This document shows positions 55,194-64,000 of a stretch of 64,000 bases of DNA, piece by piece. Below the pieces are notes generated by a model. That model ran no database searches, was not told the DNA's origin, and saw only the letters and a program-made list of their open reading frames with translations. Source of the stretch: an uncultured Chloroflexia bacterium (lineage in GTDB: Bacteria > Chloroflexota > Limnocylindria > Limnocylindrales > CSP1-4); NCBI GenBank assembly GCA_963765245.1, contig CAVXVP010000020.1, forward strand, positions 152,865 through 216,864, written 5' to 3'. The number at the start of each line of letters is the position of its first letter. The stretch's first letter is position 1. Both the position numbers and the translations under genes were made by a program.

Positions 55194-58049
55194 GTGGCCG
55201 ACACCGTGGCCCGCACGAAGCCCCGCTCCCAGCGAGCGTCCGGGCGCGCACCCGACTCCGCGGGGAGTGGTCCGGCTCCCACGCTCCGGATCCTCGAGAC
55301 GCGCGTGCTGCGCGGACCGAACTACTGGGCGCGCGAGCCGGTCATCCGGCTCCTCGTCGACCTCGGTGTCCTCGAGCAGTACCCGTCCAACCTGATCCCG
55401 AACTTCACCGATGCGCTGGTCGCCCTCCTGCCGACGCTCGAGGACCATGCCTGTTCGCTCGGTCGTCGCGGCGGCTTCATCACCCGGCTGCGCGACGGGA
55501 CGTGGATGGGCCATATCGCCGAGCACGTGGCGCTCGAGTTCCAGAACCTGGCCGGGACCGACGTCCGGCACGGCAAGACGCGCGCGGCAGGACCGCTCGG
55601 TCAGTACAACTGCATCTACGAATACCGCGAGGAGGCCGTCGGCCTCGAAGCGGGCCGGATGTCGGTGGCGCTGGTCAACCACCTCGTGGCACCCGACGAT
55701 CCCGACCACTTCTTCGACTTCGCCCCGGAGATGGAGCGGCTCATCCGGCTTGCCGAGAAGCAGGCGTTCGGACCGTCCACCCAGGCGCTCATCGACGAGG
55801 CCGTCAGCCGCGACATCCCGTTCATCCGACTCGACCGCCATTCGCTGGTCCAGTTCGGCCACGGCGTCCACCAGCAGCGCATCCGGGCGACGATGACCTC
55901 GCTGACATCGGCCATCGGGGTGGACGTTGCGTCGGACAAGAGCCTGACCAATCGGCTTCTGGACTCCGCGGGACTCCCGGTCCCGCGCGCGGACGTGGTC
56001 GACAACGAAGAGGGCGCGGTCGCGGTCGCCAAGCGGCTCGGCTTCCCGTGCGTGGTCAAGCCGCTCGACGGCAACCACGGCCGCGGCGTCCACCTCAATC
56101 TCCGCTCCGAGGAGGAGGTCCGCGCCGCGTTCCACGGCGCGCTGGCCCAGAGCCGGGGCGGCGACGTCGTGATCGAGACGTACGTGGCCGGCAACGACTA
56201 TCGCTGCCTGGTCATCGGCGGCAAGGTCGCGGCCATCGCCGAGCGCGTCCCGGCCTCGGTGACCGGCGACGGCGAACACACGGTCCGCGAGCTGGTCGAG
56301 ATCGCCAACGGCGACCCGCGCCGCGGGATCGGCCACGAGAAGGTGCTGACCCGCATCAAGGTCGACGAGGCGGCCGAGGCGCTCGTCCGCGACCAGGGCT
56401 ACGGGATGGACGACGTCCTGCCCGGGGGGACCTGGGTCAAGCTGGCGCTGACCGGCAACATGTCGACCGGCGGGACGTCGATCGACCGGACGATCGAGGC
56501 GCACCCCGACAACGTCGAGATCGCCGAGACGGCGGCGCGCATCGTCGGACTCGATGTCGCCGGCATCGACTTCATCTGCCCCGACATCGCCACGCCCGTG
56601 CGCGAGACCGGCGGCGCGATCGTCGAGGTCAACGCCGCGCCCGGCTTCCGGATGCACACCCACCCGACCGAGGGCGAGCCGCAGTACGTCGCGCGGCCGG
56701 TGATCGACTCGCTCTTCCCGGCCGGGTCATCGGCGCGCATCCCGATCATCGCGGTGACCGGCACCAACGGCAAGACGACGACGGTCCGGATGATCGCGCA
56801 CATCCTCAAGCTGATGGGCCGGCGGGTCGGGATGACCTCGACCGACGGCATCGTCATCGACGGCCGGCTGATCAAGAAGGGCGACATGTCGGGGCCGAAG
56901 TCGGCGCTGATGGTGCTCCAGAACCCGACCGTCGACACCGCGGTCTTCGAGGTCGCCCGCGGCGGGATCCTGCGCGAGGGCCTCGGCTACGACCGCAACG
57001 ACGTCGCGGTCGTGACCAACGTCACCGGCGACCACCTCGGCCTGGGCGGCATCGATTCGATCGGCCAGCTGGCCAACGTCAAGGGCGTCGTCGTGGAGGC
57101 CGTGCCGCGTTCGGGGACCGCGGTCCTCAACGCCGACGACAACCACGTCTACCGGATGGGCCGCCACTGTGCCGGGCGCGTCGTCCTGTTCAGCATGGCG
57201 ATGGCCAAGGGCGAGGACGGCTACGACCGGGTCGACGGCCACACCAGCCGGGGCGGGGCGGCGTTCCGCCTCGAGAACACGGCCGAAGGCGAGCTGATCG
57301 TCCTGCGCCTCGGGTCGCGCACGATGCCGGTCCTCTACACGCACCTCATCCCGGCGACATTCGGCGGCCGGGCACGGATGAACGTGGCCAACGCGCTGGC
57401 CGCGGCGGCCGCGGCGTGGGCCGCCGGCGCGCACCTGCACGACATCCGCCAGGGCCTGCGCACCTTCTCGACGTCGTTCTTCCAGGCGCCGGGGCGGCTC
57501 AACCTCGTCGATGTCGGCGGGGTGCGGGTCGTCATCGACTACTGCCACAACGTGGACGGGATGCGCCAGCTGGCCGATTTCGTCGATCGGATGATGGTCG
57601 AGGCGCAGACCAAGCCGGGCCGGCTCGGCACGGCGTCGACCGGGACCCGTTCGGGGCGTGCCATCGGCGTGCTCGGCATCCCGGGCGACCGGCGCGACGA
57701 CGATCAGCGCCAGTACGGCGCCATCGCCGCGGGCTCGTTCGACGAGATCATCGTCCGCGAGGACAAGAACCTGCGCGGCCGAGCGCCCGGCGAGACCGCC
57801 ACGAACGTGATCGAGGGCGTCCGCGAGGCGAAGGCCGCCGGGACGGCGCGCGCGACGCGATCCGAGAAGGTGCTCGACGAGATGACCGCGGTCCGCGCGG
57901 CCCTTCGCCGGGCGATCCCGGGCGACCTCGTGGTCTGCTGCGTCGACGACGCGATCGGTGTCTATCGCGAGGCGATGGCCGCCGCCGGCACGTCGCGAGG
58001 AGGGACCGCGTTCCACGATCCGGGGGAGCTGACCGCGCCCGACGGATAG
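55194..58049 (+). CDS. cphA: Cyanophycin synthetase (N domain + ATP-grasp + Mur ligase)
   Basis: LRGPNYW, GHIAEHVALE, GPST, VVKPLDGNHGRGV, EVNAAPGFRMH, GTNGKTT, EVARGGILREG, PGRLN, DYCHN. Confidence 0.96.
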   Translation: MADTVARTKPRSQRASGRAPDSAGSGPAPTLRILETRVLRGPNYWAREPVIRLLVDLGVLEQYPSNLIPNFTDALVALLPTLEDHACSLGRRGGFITRLRDGTWMGHIAEHVALEFQNLAGTDVRHGKTRAAGPLGQYNCIYEYREEAVGLEAGRMSVALVNHLVAPDDPDHFFDFAPEMERLIRLAEKQAFGPSTQALIDEAVSRDIPFIRLDRHSLVQFGHGVHQQRIRATMTSLTSAIGVDVASDKSLTNRLLDSAGLPVPRADVVDNEEGAVAVAKRLGFPCVVKPLDGNHGRGVHLNLRSEEEVRAAFHGALAQSRGGDVVIETYVAGNDYRCLVIGGKVAAIAERVPASVTGDGEHTVRELVEIANGDPRRGIGHEKVLTRIKVDEAAEALVRDQGYGMDDVLPGGTWVKLALTGNMSTGGTSIDRTIEAHPDNVEIAETAARIVGLDVAGIDFICPDIATPVRETGGAIVEVNAAPGFRMHTHPTEGEPQYVARPVIDSLFPAGSSARIPIIAVTGTNGKTTTVRMIAHILKLMGRRVGMTSTDGIVIDGRLIKKGDMSGPKSALMVLQNPTVDTAVFEVARGGILREGLGYDRNDVAVVTNVTGDHLGLGGIDSIGQLANVKGVVVEAVPRSGTAVLNADDNHVYRMGRHCAGRVVLFSMAMAKGEDGYDRVDGHTSRGGAAFRLENTAEGELIVLRLGSRTMPVLYTHLIPATFGGRARMNVANALAAAAAAWAAGAHLHDIRQGLRTFSTSFFQAPGRLNLVDVGGVRVVIDYCHNVDGMRQLADFVDRMMVEAQTKPGRLGTASTGTRSGRAIGVLGIPGDRRDDDQRQYGAIAAGSFDEIIVREDKNLRGRAPGETATNVIEGVREAKAAGTARATRSEKVLDEMTAVRAALRRAIPGDLVVCCVDDAIGVYREAMAAAGTSRGGTAFHDPGELTAPDG

Positions 58050-58063
58050 GCTCGCGACGCCGC

Positions 58064-59828
58064 CTACGCCCGCCGCGGCCGGCCCTGCATCCGCGGCACC
58101 AGCTCGGTGAGCTCGGACGCGACATCGACCGGCCGCGCCCCCAGGCGCCGCAACAGCTCGAACACGCCGTCGCGGTCCTCGTGGCACATCAGCACGATGA
58201 CCCGTGCCGCGTCGGATCGGCCGCCGTTGCGCCCCGGCCCCGGCGGCGCCGTTCAGCTCGGCCTGGAGCGCGACCGTCTCGGAGTCGTAGATCGGGACAT
58301 CGGCGGCGGATACCCCACCGGCCACGACGCCGACCATCAACTCCCCGACGACCGACTCCGCGGTCCGTCCGCGCAGGTACTTGAGCGTCTGCTTGATGGC
58401 GACCCGCTGCGCTCGCTCGGCCGCGATCCGGCCGATGCCGCGCAACGTGTCGTCGGGCCGGTCCCCGGCCGTGCCGATGATCGCGGTGATCGGCGCGGCC
58501 CGGCCGGCCGCCCCGCCGGCGATCCCCTGGGCCACGTCCAGCACGGCGCCGATGCCGGCCTCGTTGTGGGCGAAGTCGACGATCACCACCTTGGACCCGA
58601 GGCGGAACAGGTTGAGCCGCCCGGGCGAGCTCTCGGCGCTCGGGGCGAAATGGATCAGTCCGTCGCGGACCTGCTCGATCGTCGCGCCCAACCCGCGTGC
58701 GCCACCGGCCGCGGCCAGCGCGTTGGCGACGTTGTGGCGTGCCAGCCCGCCGATCGTGATCGGCACCAGCGCGACTTCCACGATCGGCGTCTCGGTCGCG
58801 CCGTTGGCCTCGATGATCTGCCCGTCGCGTTCCAGGTAGGCCCGGCCGCCGCCGCGGCGATGGCGCGCGACCGTTGCCGAGGCGTCGCCCTCGAGCGTGA
58901 ACAGCGCGACGCTGGCCTTCACCCGCCGGGCGACCGCCGCGACCAGCGGGTCGTCGGCATTGAGGACCACCCAGCCGTCGGGCTTGGTGATCCGGCAGAT
59001 CGTCGACTTCACCTCGGCCAGCTCGGGGAGGGTATGGATGCCCTGCAGGTCGAGATGGTCGGACGAGACGTTGGTCAGCACGCTCGCGTCGTTCGACTCG
59101 TAGCCGACGCCGCGCAGGACGATCCCGCCTCGGGCGGTCTCGAGGACGGCGACGTCGACATCGCGCCGCGCCAGGACCTGGTGCGCGCCGCCCGGCCCGG
59201 TCCAGTCGCCCGGCTCGATCATCCGCTCGTCGACCAGCACCCCGTCCGATGTGGTCGTCCCGACCTTCCGCCCGGCGCGGGCCAGGATGTGCGTCATCAG
59301 CCGGGTCACGGTGCTCTTGCCGTTGGTCCCCGAGACCGACACGATCGGGATGTGACGGTCGGCGTCGCGCAGCCATTCCGGCGGCGTCGTCCGGGCGGCC
59401 TCGATCCGCTCGGTCCAGCGCGCCAAGAGCCGCTCCTGTGCGCCGGTCAGCTGGGCGGTCCGTGATGGCGAGACATCGCGCTCGGCAAGGGCGAGCGCCG
59501 CCTCGCTCAACGTCTGGGCACGCTCCGCGCCGGTCCACGGGAAGGTGATGATCCAGTGGCCGGGATCCGACGAGCGATGGACGGCGAGCCCGCTGCGGCC
59601 TTCGTCGTGGTCGGTCCGCAGCCGTCGGATCCAGGCGACGGTCGCGGCGATCGGATCCGGCCAATCGCGGGCGGGCACATCGGCGCCGAGGTGGACCAGC
59701 GCGTGGCGTCCCGGATCCCGCTGTCCGTACCAGGTCCGCCGTCGGCCGATGGCGAACTCGAGCTTGACCACCGGCTCGAGCCGGTAGACATTCGGACCTT
59801 CGAGCAGGCGGGTCTCGACCAGACGCAC
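58064..59828 (-). CDS. CphA paralog with N-like domain + Mur-ligase domains only (frameshift near 58230)
   Basis: RLLEGPNVY; SGTNGKST, VLETARGG, TNVSSDHL, PGRLN, DFAHN, GDRPDD; corrected end MCHEDRDGVF...GRPRRA*. Confidence 0.85.
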
Positions 59829-59872
59829 GGTCCGGGCAGGATAGCAAGGTGCCCGCGACCTAAACTGCCCCC

Positions 59873-61114
59873 ATGGACGCAACGACCGTCACACCGCCCC
59901 TCCCGTCGGCCGCCGAGCTGGACGCCCTGCGCCTCGCGATCGGCGCCGACCTGCCGGCCTACCTCGAAGACCTGGCCGAGCTCGTCAACATCGATTGCGG
60001 CAGCTACACACGCGCCGGCGTCGACGAGGTCGGGCGCTGGGTCACCGCGTTCCTGGGCGAGCTCGGTGCCACGGTCGAGGCCCGGCCGGACCCGGCCGGT
60101 CGCCTCGGCGACACGATCGTCGCCACGTTCGAGGGCCTGGCGAGCGGTCCGCGGGCGCTCCTGATCGGGCACATGGACACGGTCTTCGATCCGGGGACCG
60201 CGGCCGAGCGCCCGTTCCGCATCGAGGATGGGGTCGCCTACGGCCCCGGCGTGACCGACATGAAGTCGGGGCTGTTGGCGGGCCTCTACGCGCTCAAGGC
60301 GATCGTCGCGGAGCGCGGCGGCCTCCCCTTCGAGCGGCTCGTCTTCATCGCCAACCCCGACGAGGAGATCGGTTCACCGACATCGTCGCCGCACATCGCG
60401 GCGATCGCAGCCGACTCCGACGTTGCGCTCGTCCTCGAATGCGCCCGCGCGAACGGCGACATCGTCTCGGCGCGCAAGGGCATCCTCGACCTGCGCATCG
60501 TCGTCCATGGCCGGGCGGCGCACGCCGGCGTCGAGCCCGAGAAGGGTCGCAGCGCGATCCTCGAGGCGGCGCGGATCGTTCGCGAGCTGCACGACCTCAA
60601 CGGCCGCTGGCCGGGCGTCACCGTCAACGTCGGGCGCATCCTGGGCGGGTCGCGACCGAACGTGGTCGCCGAGACGTGCACGCTCGAGGTCGACGTCCGG
60701 GCCACCGCCCGCGATGCGCTCGAGACGGCCGAGGCCACGATCCGCGAGATCGCCGAGGCGGTCGAGATCCCCGACGTGACCGTCGACTTCGAGCCGATGG
60801 CGCGCTGGTGGCCGATGGAGAAGCTCGAGCGCAGCGGCCGGCTGGTCGAGCACGCTCAGGGCGTGGCGCGATCGCTCGGCTTCGAGGTCGCCGATGCGTC
60901 CACGGGTGGCGCCTCGGACGCCAACACGACGGCCGGACTCGGCGTCGCGAGCCTCGACGGCCTCGGACCGATCGGTGGAAACGACCATGCACCGGCGGAG
61001 TACCTCGACGTCGAGTCCATCGTGCCGCGAACGACGATGCTGGCCGGCCTGCTGCTGGCCATCGCCGCGGACCCGGAGATCCTCACCTGGCGGGACTCAG
61101 ACCGGCCGGCATGA
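59873..61114 (+). CDS. M20 family metallopeptidase (carboxypeptidase G2-like)
   Basis: LIGHMDTV, GVTDMKSG, PDEEIGS, VLEC, AHAG, GGASD, GNDH. Confidence 0.9.
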   Translation: MDATTVTPPLPSAAELDALRLAIGADLPAYLEDLAELVNIDCGSYTRAGVDEVGRWVTAFLGELGATVEARPDPAGRLGDTIVATFEGLASGPRALLIGHMDTVFDPGTAAERPFRIEDGVAYGPGVTDMKSGLLAGLYALKAIVAERGGLPFERLVFIANPDEEIGSPTSSPHIAAIAADSDVALVLECARANGDIVSARKGILDLRIVVHGRAAHAGVEPEKGRSAILEAARIVRELHDLNGRWPGVTVNVGRILGGSRPNVVAETCTLEVDVRATARDALETAEATIREIAEAVEIPDVTVDFEPMARWWPMEKLERSGRLVEHAQGVARSLGFEVADASTGGASDANTTAGLGVASLDGLGPIGGNDHAPAEYLDVESIVPRTTMLAGLLLAIAADPEILTWRDSDRPA

Positions 61115-61500
61115 GCGAGCGCCGGCGGATCTCGTCGGGCGGGCCGTGGGAGTCCGTGGCCGGCTACAGCCGGGCGATCGCCGTTGGCGATTCGTGCTGG
61201 GTCGCGGGAACCACCGACGCCGGGCCGGACGGCATTTCGCGCCATCCCGGCGACGCCGGCGCCCAGACGCGCGCCGTCCTCGGGATCATCGAGGCCGCAC
61301 TTGTCGAGGCAGGTTTCGCCCTGACGGACGTGGTGCGGACGAGGATGTTCGTGACCGACATCAGCGGCTGGGACGAGATCGTGGCCGTCCACGGCGCCGT
61401 CTTCGGCGAGATCCGGCCGGCGTCCACGATGGTCGAGGTCCGCGCACTCGTGGATCCGAGCCTCCTCATCGAGATCGAGGCGGAGGCGCGACGGGGCTGA
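61111..61500 (+). CDS. RidA/YjgF family protein
   Basis: WESVAGYSRA, VAGTT, DVVRTRMFV, RPASTMVEV..LV...LIEIEA. Confidence 0.9.
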   Translation: MSERRRISSGGPWESVAGYSRAIAVGDSCWVAGTTDAGPDGISRHPGDAGAQTRAVLGIIEAALVEAGFALTDVVRTRMFVTDISGWDEIVAVHGAVFGEIRPASTMVEVRALVDPSLLIEIEAEARRG

Positions 61501-61528
61501 TCCCGCTGAGCCCGCTGACGCCGCCGCG

Positions 61529-61873
61529 CTAGGCCGGGATCTCGGCCAGGCCGGCAGCCCGGGCGATCGCGACGATCGCGACCGCTGCCACCAGACCGAG
61601 GAACAGGTTCCGGCGCCAGGCGACGATCGCCAGGGCGACGAAGACCGCGACCCATTCGATGCCGACGTGGAACGACGGCACGTCCTTGTCGTCGACCACC
61701 ACCATCACGCTGACCGCCGCCAGTGCCGCGAGCACAGCCGGGCCGACGAGCTGGAGGTAGTCGAAGGCGATCTTCGGCAGACGGTCGAGTCCCGGCGTGA
61801 GCAGCCCGACGGCCCGGCTCGGATATGTCACCGCGAACATCAGGATCGCGAGCAGGACGAGGTTCGTGCTCAT
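61529..61873 (-). CDS. azlD: AzlD-domain membrane protein
   Basis: MFAVTYPSRA, LQLVGPAVLAAL, WRRNLFLG. Confidence 0.8.
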   Translation of the reverse strand: MSTNLVLLAILMFAVTYPSRAVGLLTPGLDRLPKIAFDYLQLVGPAVLAALAAVSVMVVVDDKDVPSFHVGIEWVAVFVALAIVAWRRNLFLGLVAAVAIVAIARAAGLAEIPA

Positions 61874-62640
61874 GGCCCTGGCTCGCTGTGCAGCGGTGGC
61901 CCGCCCTCGAGCGACCCCGACGCCGCAGTCTCCGCGGCGAACCGTTTCGGGATGAGCAGGGCGACCAGCGGCCCGAAGATCCCGCCGCTGACGATCCCGA
62001 TCGACACGTTCGAGACCAACGCGACCCCGACCGCGACACCCGCCCCGACGATCGCTGCCGTCAGCTCGCGCCGGCCTGTGATCAGTCCGACCGCCAGCCC
62101 GATCATCGCGGCCGGGAAGATGACATCGATACCCAGGCGCTCCGGCTCCGGGATCTGCGCACCAAGGAGGACCCCGGCCAGGGAAGCCAGGACCCACGTG
62201 AAGATCCCATCCGGGCCGATCGCCGCCAGCCAGTAGCCGCGCTCGTCGGTCCGGCCGATCCGCCGGAAATGGCTGATCGACAGGGCGTACGACTCGTCGG
62301 TCACGAGATGGGCCATCACCGCCCGGCGCGGGAGCGGCACCTCGCGCAGCCACGGCCGGAGCGACGCCGAGTAGAGCACGTGGCGAGCGTTGAGCAACGC
62401 GGTCAGGAGGATGATCCCGGGCCACGCCAGGCCGCTCGCCACGTAGCCGACGGCCGCGAACTGCGCGGCGCCGGCGTACGCGATCGCGCTCATCGCCACG
62501 GCCTCGATCGGCGAGAATCCGGCCTCGCGTGCGGCCAGGCCATAGACGAGCCCGAACCCGACCGCCCCGACGGCGAGTCCCCCGGAATCCGCCAGCAGCG
62601 TGCGACGGCTGGCTCGCAGTTCGACGTCATTTGCCACCAT
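61870..62640 (-). CDS. azlC: AzlC family permease (copy 1)
   Basis: GFGLVYG, YAGAAQFAA, LLNARHVLYS, LVTDESYA, IDVIFPAAM. Confidence 0.9.
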   Translation of the reverse strand: MVANDVELRASRRTLLADSGGLAVGAVGFGLVYGLAAREAGFSPIEAVAMSAIAYAGAAQFAAVGYVASGLAWPGIILLTALLNARHVLYSASLRPWLREVPLPRRAVMAHLVTDESYALSISHFRRIGRTDERGYWLAAIGPDGIFTWVLASLAGVLLGAQIPEPERLGIDVIFPAAMIGLAVGLITGRRELTAAIVGAGVAVGVALVSNVSIGIVSGGIFGPLVALLIPKRFAAETAASGSLEGGPPLHSEPGP

Positions 62641-62674
62641 GGCAGGGTAGGGTGCCAGTGCCGCCCGCGTCGGG

Positions 62675-63415
62675 TCATGTCAGATCGGCCTGGGTGTCGA
62701 GAGGGGCGCTCTCCGCCGCTGTCCCCTTCGGGACGAGCAAAGCGACCAGTGGTCCGATGATCCCGCCCGCGACGATCCCGATCGACGGACTGCTCGCAAG
62801 CGCGACGGTGACGGCGACGCCTGCGCCGACGATGGCCGCGACCAGCTCGCGCCGGCCGGTGATGAGCCCCACGGCGAGGCCGATCATCGCGGCCGGGAAG
62901 ACCACGTCGATGCCCAGCCTGCCCGGCTCCGGGATCTGGGCACCCAGGATCACGCCGCCGAGCGTGGCGAGATTCCACGGGATGAAGGTCGCCACGATCG
63001 CGCCGATCCAGTAGCCGCGCTCGTCCGTGCGGCCGATCCGTCGGAAGTGGCTGATCGACAGGGCGAATGCCTCGTCCGTCAGGAGATGCGCCATCACCGC
63101 CCGTCGGCGAAGCGGAACGTCGCGCAGCCACGGTCGGAGCGCGGCGGAATAGAGCAGGTGCCGGGCGTTCAGCAGTGCGGTCAGGAGGATGATCCCGGGC
63201 CAGGCCAGCCCGCTCGCCACGTACCCGACCGCCGCGAATTGGGAGGCGCCCGCGAAGACGATCGTGCTCATCGCCATCGCCTCGACCGGCGAGAAGCCGG
63301 CTTCCCGGGCAGAGAGTCCGAAGACGAAACCGAACCCGGCCACCGAGACTGCGATCCCCGCCGAGTCGGCCAGCAGCCGTCGTCGGCTGGCTTGAACCTC
63401 GAGAGTGTCGGTCAG
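62675..63415 (-). CDS. azlC: AzlC family permease (copy 2); start approximate
   Basis: GFGFVFG, FAGASQFAA, LLNARHLLYS, LLTDEAFA, IDVVFPAAM. Confidence 0.88.
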   Translation of the reverse strand: MTDTLEVQASRRRLLADSAGIAVSVAGFGFVFGLSAREAGFSPVEAMAMSTIVFAGASQFAAVGYVASGLAWPGIILLTALLNARHLLYSAALRPWLRDVPLRRRAVMAHLLTDEAFALSISHFRRIGRTDERGYWIGAIVATFIPWNLATLGGVILGAQIPEPGRLGIDVVFPAAMIGLAVGLITGRRELVAAIVGAGVAVTVALASSPSIGIVAGGIIGPLVALLVPKGTAAESAPLDTQADLT

Positions 63416-63684
63416 CGCAGGAACGTCTTGCCGCACGTCCCGTCGCACACCACGTAGACCGCGTGCAGGTCGCGCGCGTACCCCGCGGCGTGGAGGAGGC
63501 CGGGACAACCCGGGGTCGGACACTTCCAGACCCACCAGCGCTCTCGCTCATCGAGCGGAGTCGTCTCTGCGGGGACCTTCGCCGCCAGATCCTTGTGGGC
63601 GGCGAGGAAGGCCTCGATCGCGGTGGCGCGCTCCGCCTCCGTCTCGCTCGTGTACGGATAGCTCTGGGAGATGTTGGAGCTCAC
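63412..63684 (-). CDS. Small putative Zn-ribbon protein
   Basis: WKCPTPGC...VVCDGTC; TGC-GATACT -10 seven nt upstream of GTG. Confidence 0.7.
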   Translation of the reverse strand: MSSNISQSYPYTSETEAERATAIEAFLAAHKDLAAKVPAETTPLDERERWWVWKCPTPGCPGLLHAAGYARDLHAVYVVCDGTCGKTFLR

Positions 63685-63740
63685 GAGGCCGAGTATCGCA
63701 TAGGGACTTGCCGGTTCGGCGCCCTCACCGCGCCACTCCG

Positions 63741-64000
63741 TCAGGCAGCCGGACCGCCTGCCAGCGCATCGCCAGGGCCTTGGCCCAGCTGGTGTTCCTG
63801 GGCGCGCAGCTGTGCCAGCGGGACGAGCGCGATCCCGAGCAGGACCAGCGTGGCGATGAACATGCCGTCGATCCCGAGCCAGTCGGCCGCAAAGCCGCCG
63901 ATCAGACTGCCGATGATCTGGCCGAGGGCGAGGAAGACCGAGTAGAGACCCATGATCGCGCCGCGGTCGGACGGGGAATCGCTCGGACATGTCGGCCAGC
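63741..64000 (-). CDS. MFS transporter C-terminus (5' partial)
   Basis: RGAIMGLYSVFLALGQIIGSLIGGFAADWLG. Confidence 0.8.
   Translation of the reverse strand, partial: WPTCPSDSPSDRGAIMGLYSVFLALGQIIGSLIGGFAADWLGIDGMFIATLVLLGIALVPLAQLRAQEHQLGQGPGDALAGGPAA

Noticed and set aside
56727-59882. 1051-aa ORF
   Set aside because: The real gene ends near 58064 after a frameshift; the rest is the antisense of cphA

Overview
A high-GC bacterial chromosome segment, almost entirely protein-coding. The lineage is not determinable from the sequence alone; leaderless promoters, a GAAC-N4-GTTC-type SOS box and the gene families suggest a Terrabacteria lineage, possibly Chloroflexota (inference). About 35-40 single-base frameshifts split otherwise intact genes and look like long-read assembly errors, so many CDS calls are stitched across frames. 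Content in order: a purine catabolism cluster (guaD, D-aminoacylase-like hydrolase, three-subunit xanthine dehydrogenase, uraD, uricase, malate synthase, hydantoinase, DUF3830, uraH); two secreted S8 proteases around an RmuC-like nuclease; Ku-LigD NHEJ and an Eis-like acetyltransferase; a lower-GC insert encoding a nuclease-DUF2075 helicase plus a stand-alone SRA-like protein; mixed genes; an apparent AcuC-GNAT fusion; lhr-nei; an amide/amino-acid uptake cluster; a cyanophycin cluster (cphB, cphA and a Mur-ligase-only cphA paralog); and tandem azlC-azlC-azlD. I found no rRNA, tRNA, CRISPR array, transposase or integrase. Best leads: (1) the SRA + nuclease-helicase pair as a candidate modification-dependent defence system; (2) a four-copy bipartite inverted repeat, TGATGCTTGAT-N30/31-ATGCCAATRGGCGGCAT, where one pair exactly brackets the hydantoinase gene and the other forms an empty doublet; (3) a CphA paralog lacking the ATP-grasp domain; (4) a deacetylase-acetyltransferase fusion.
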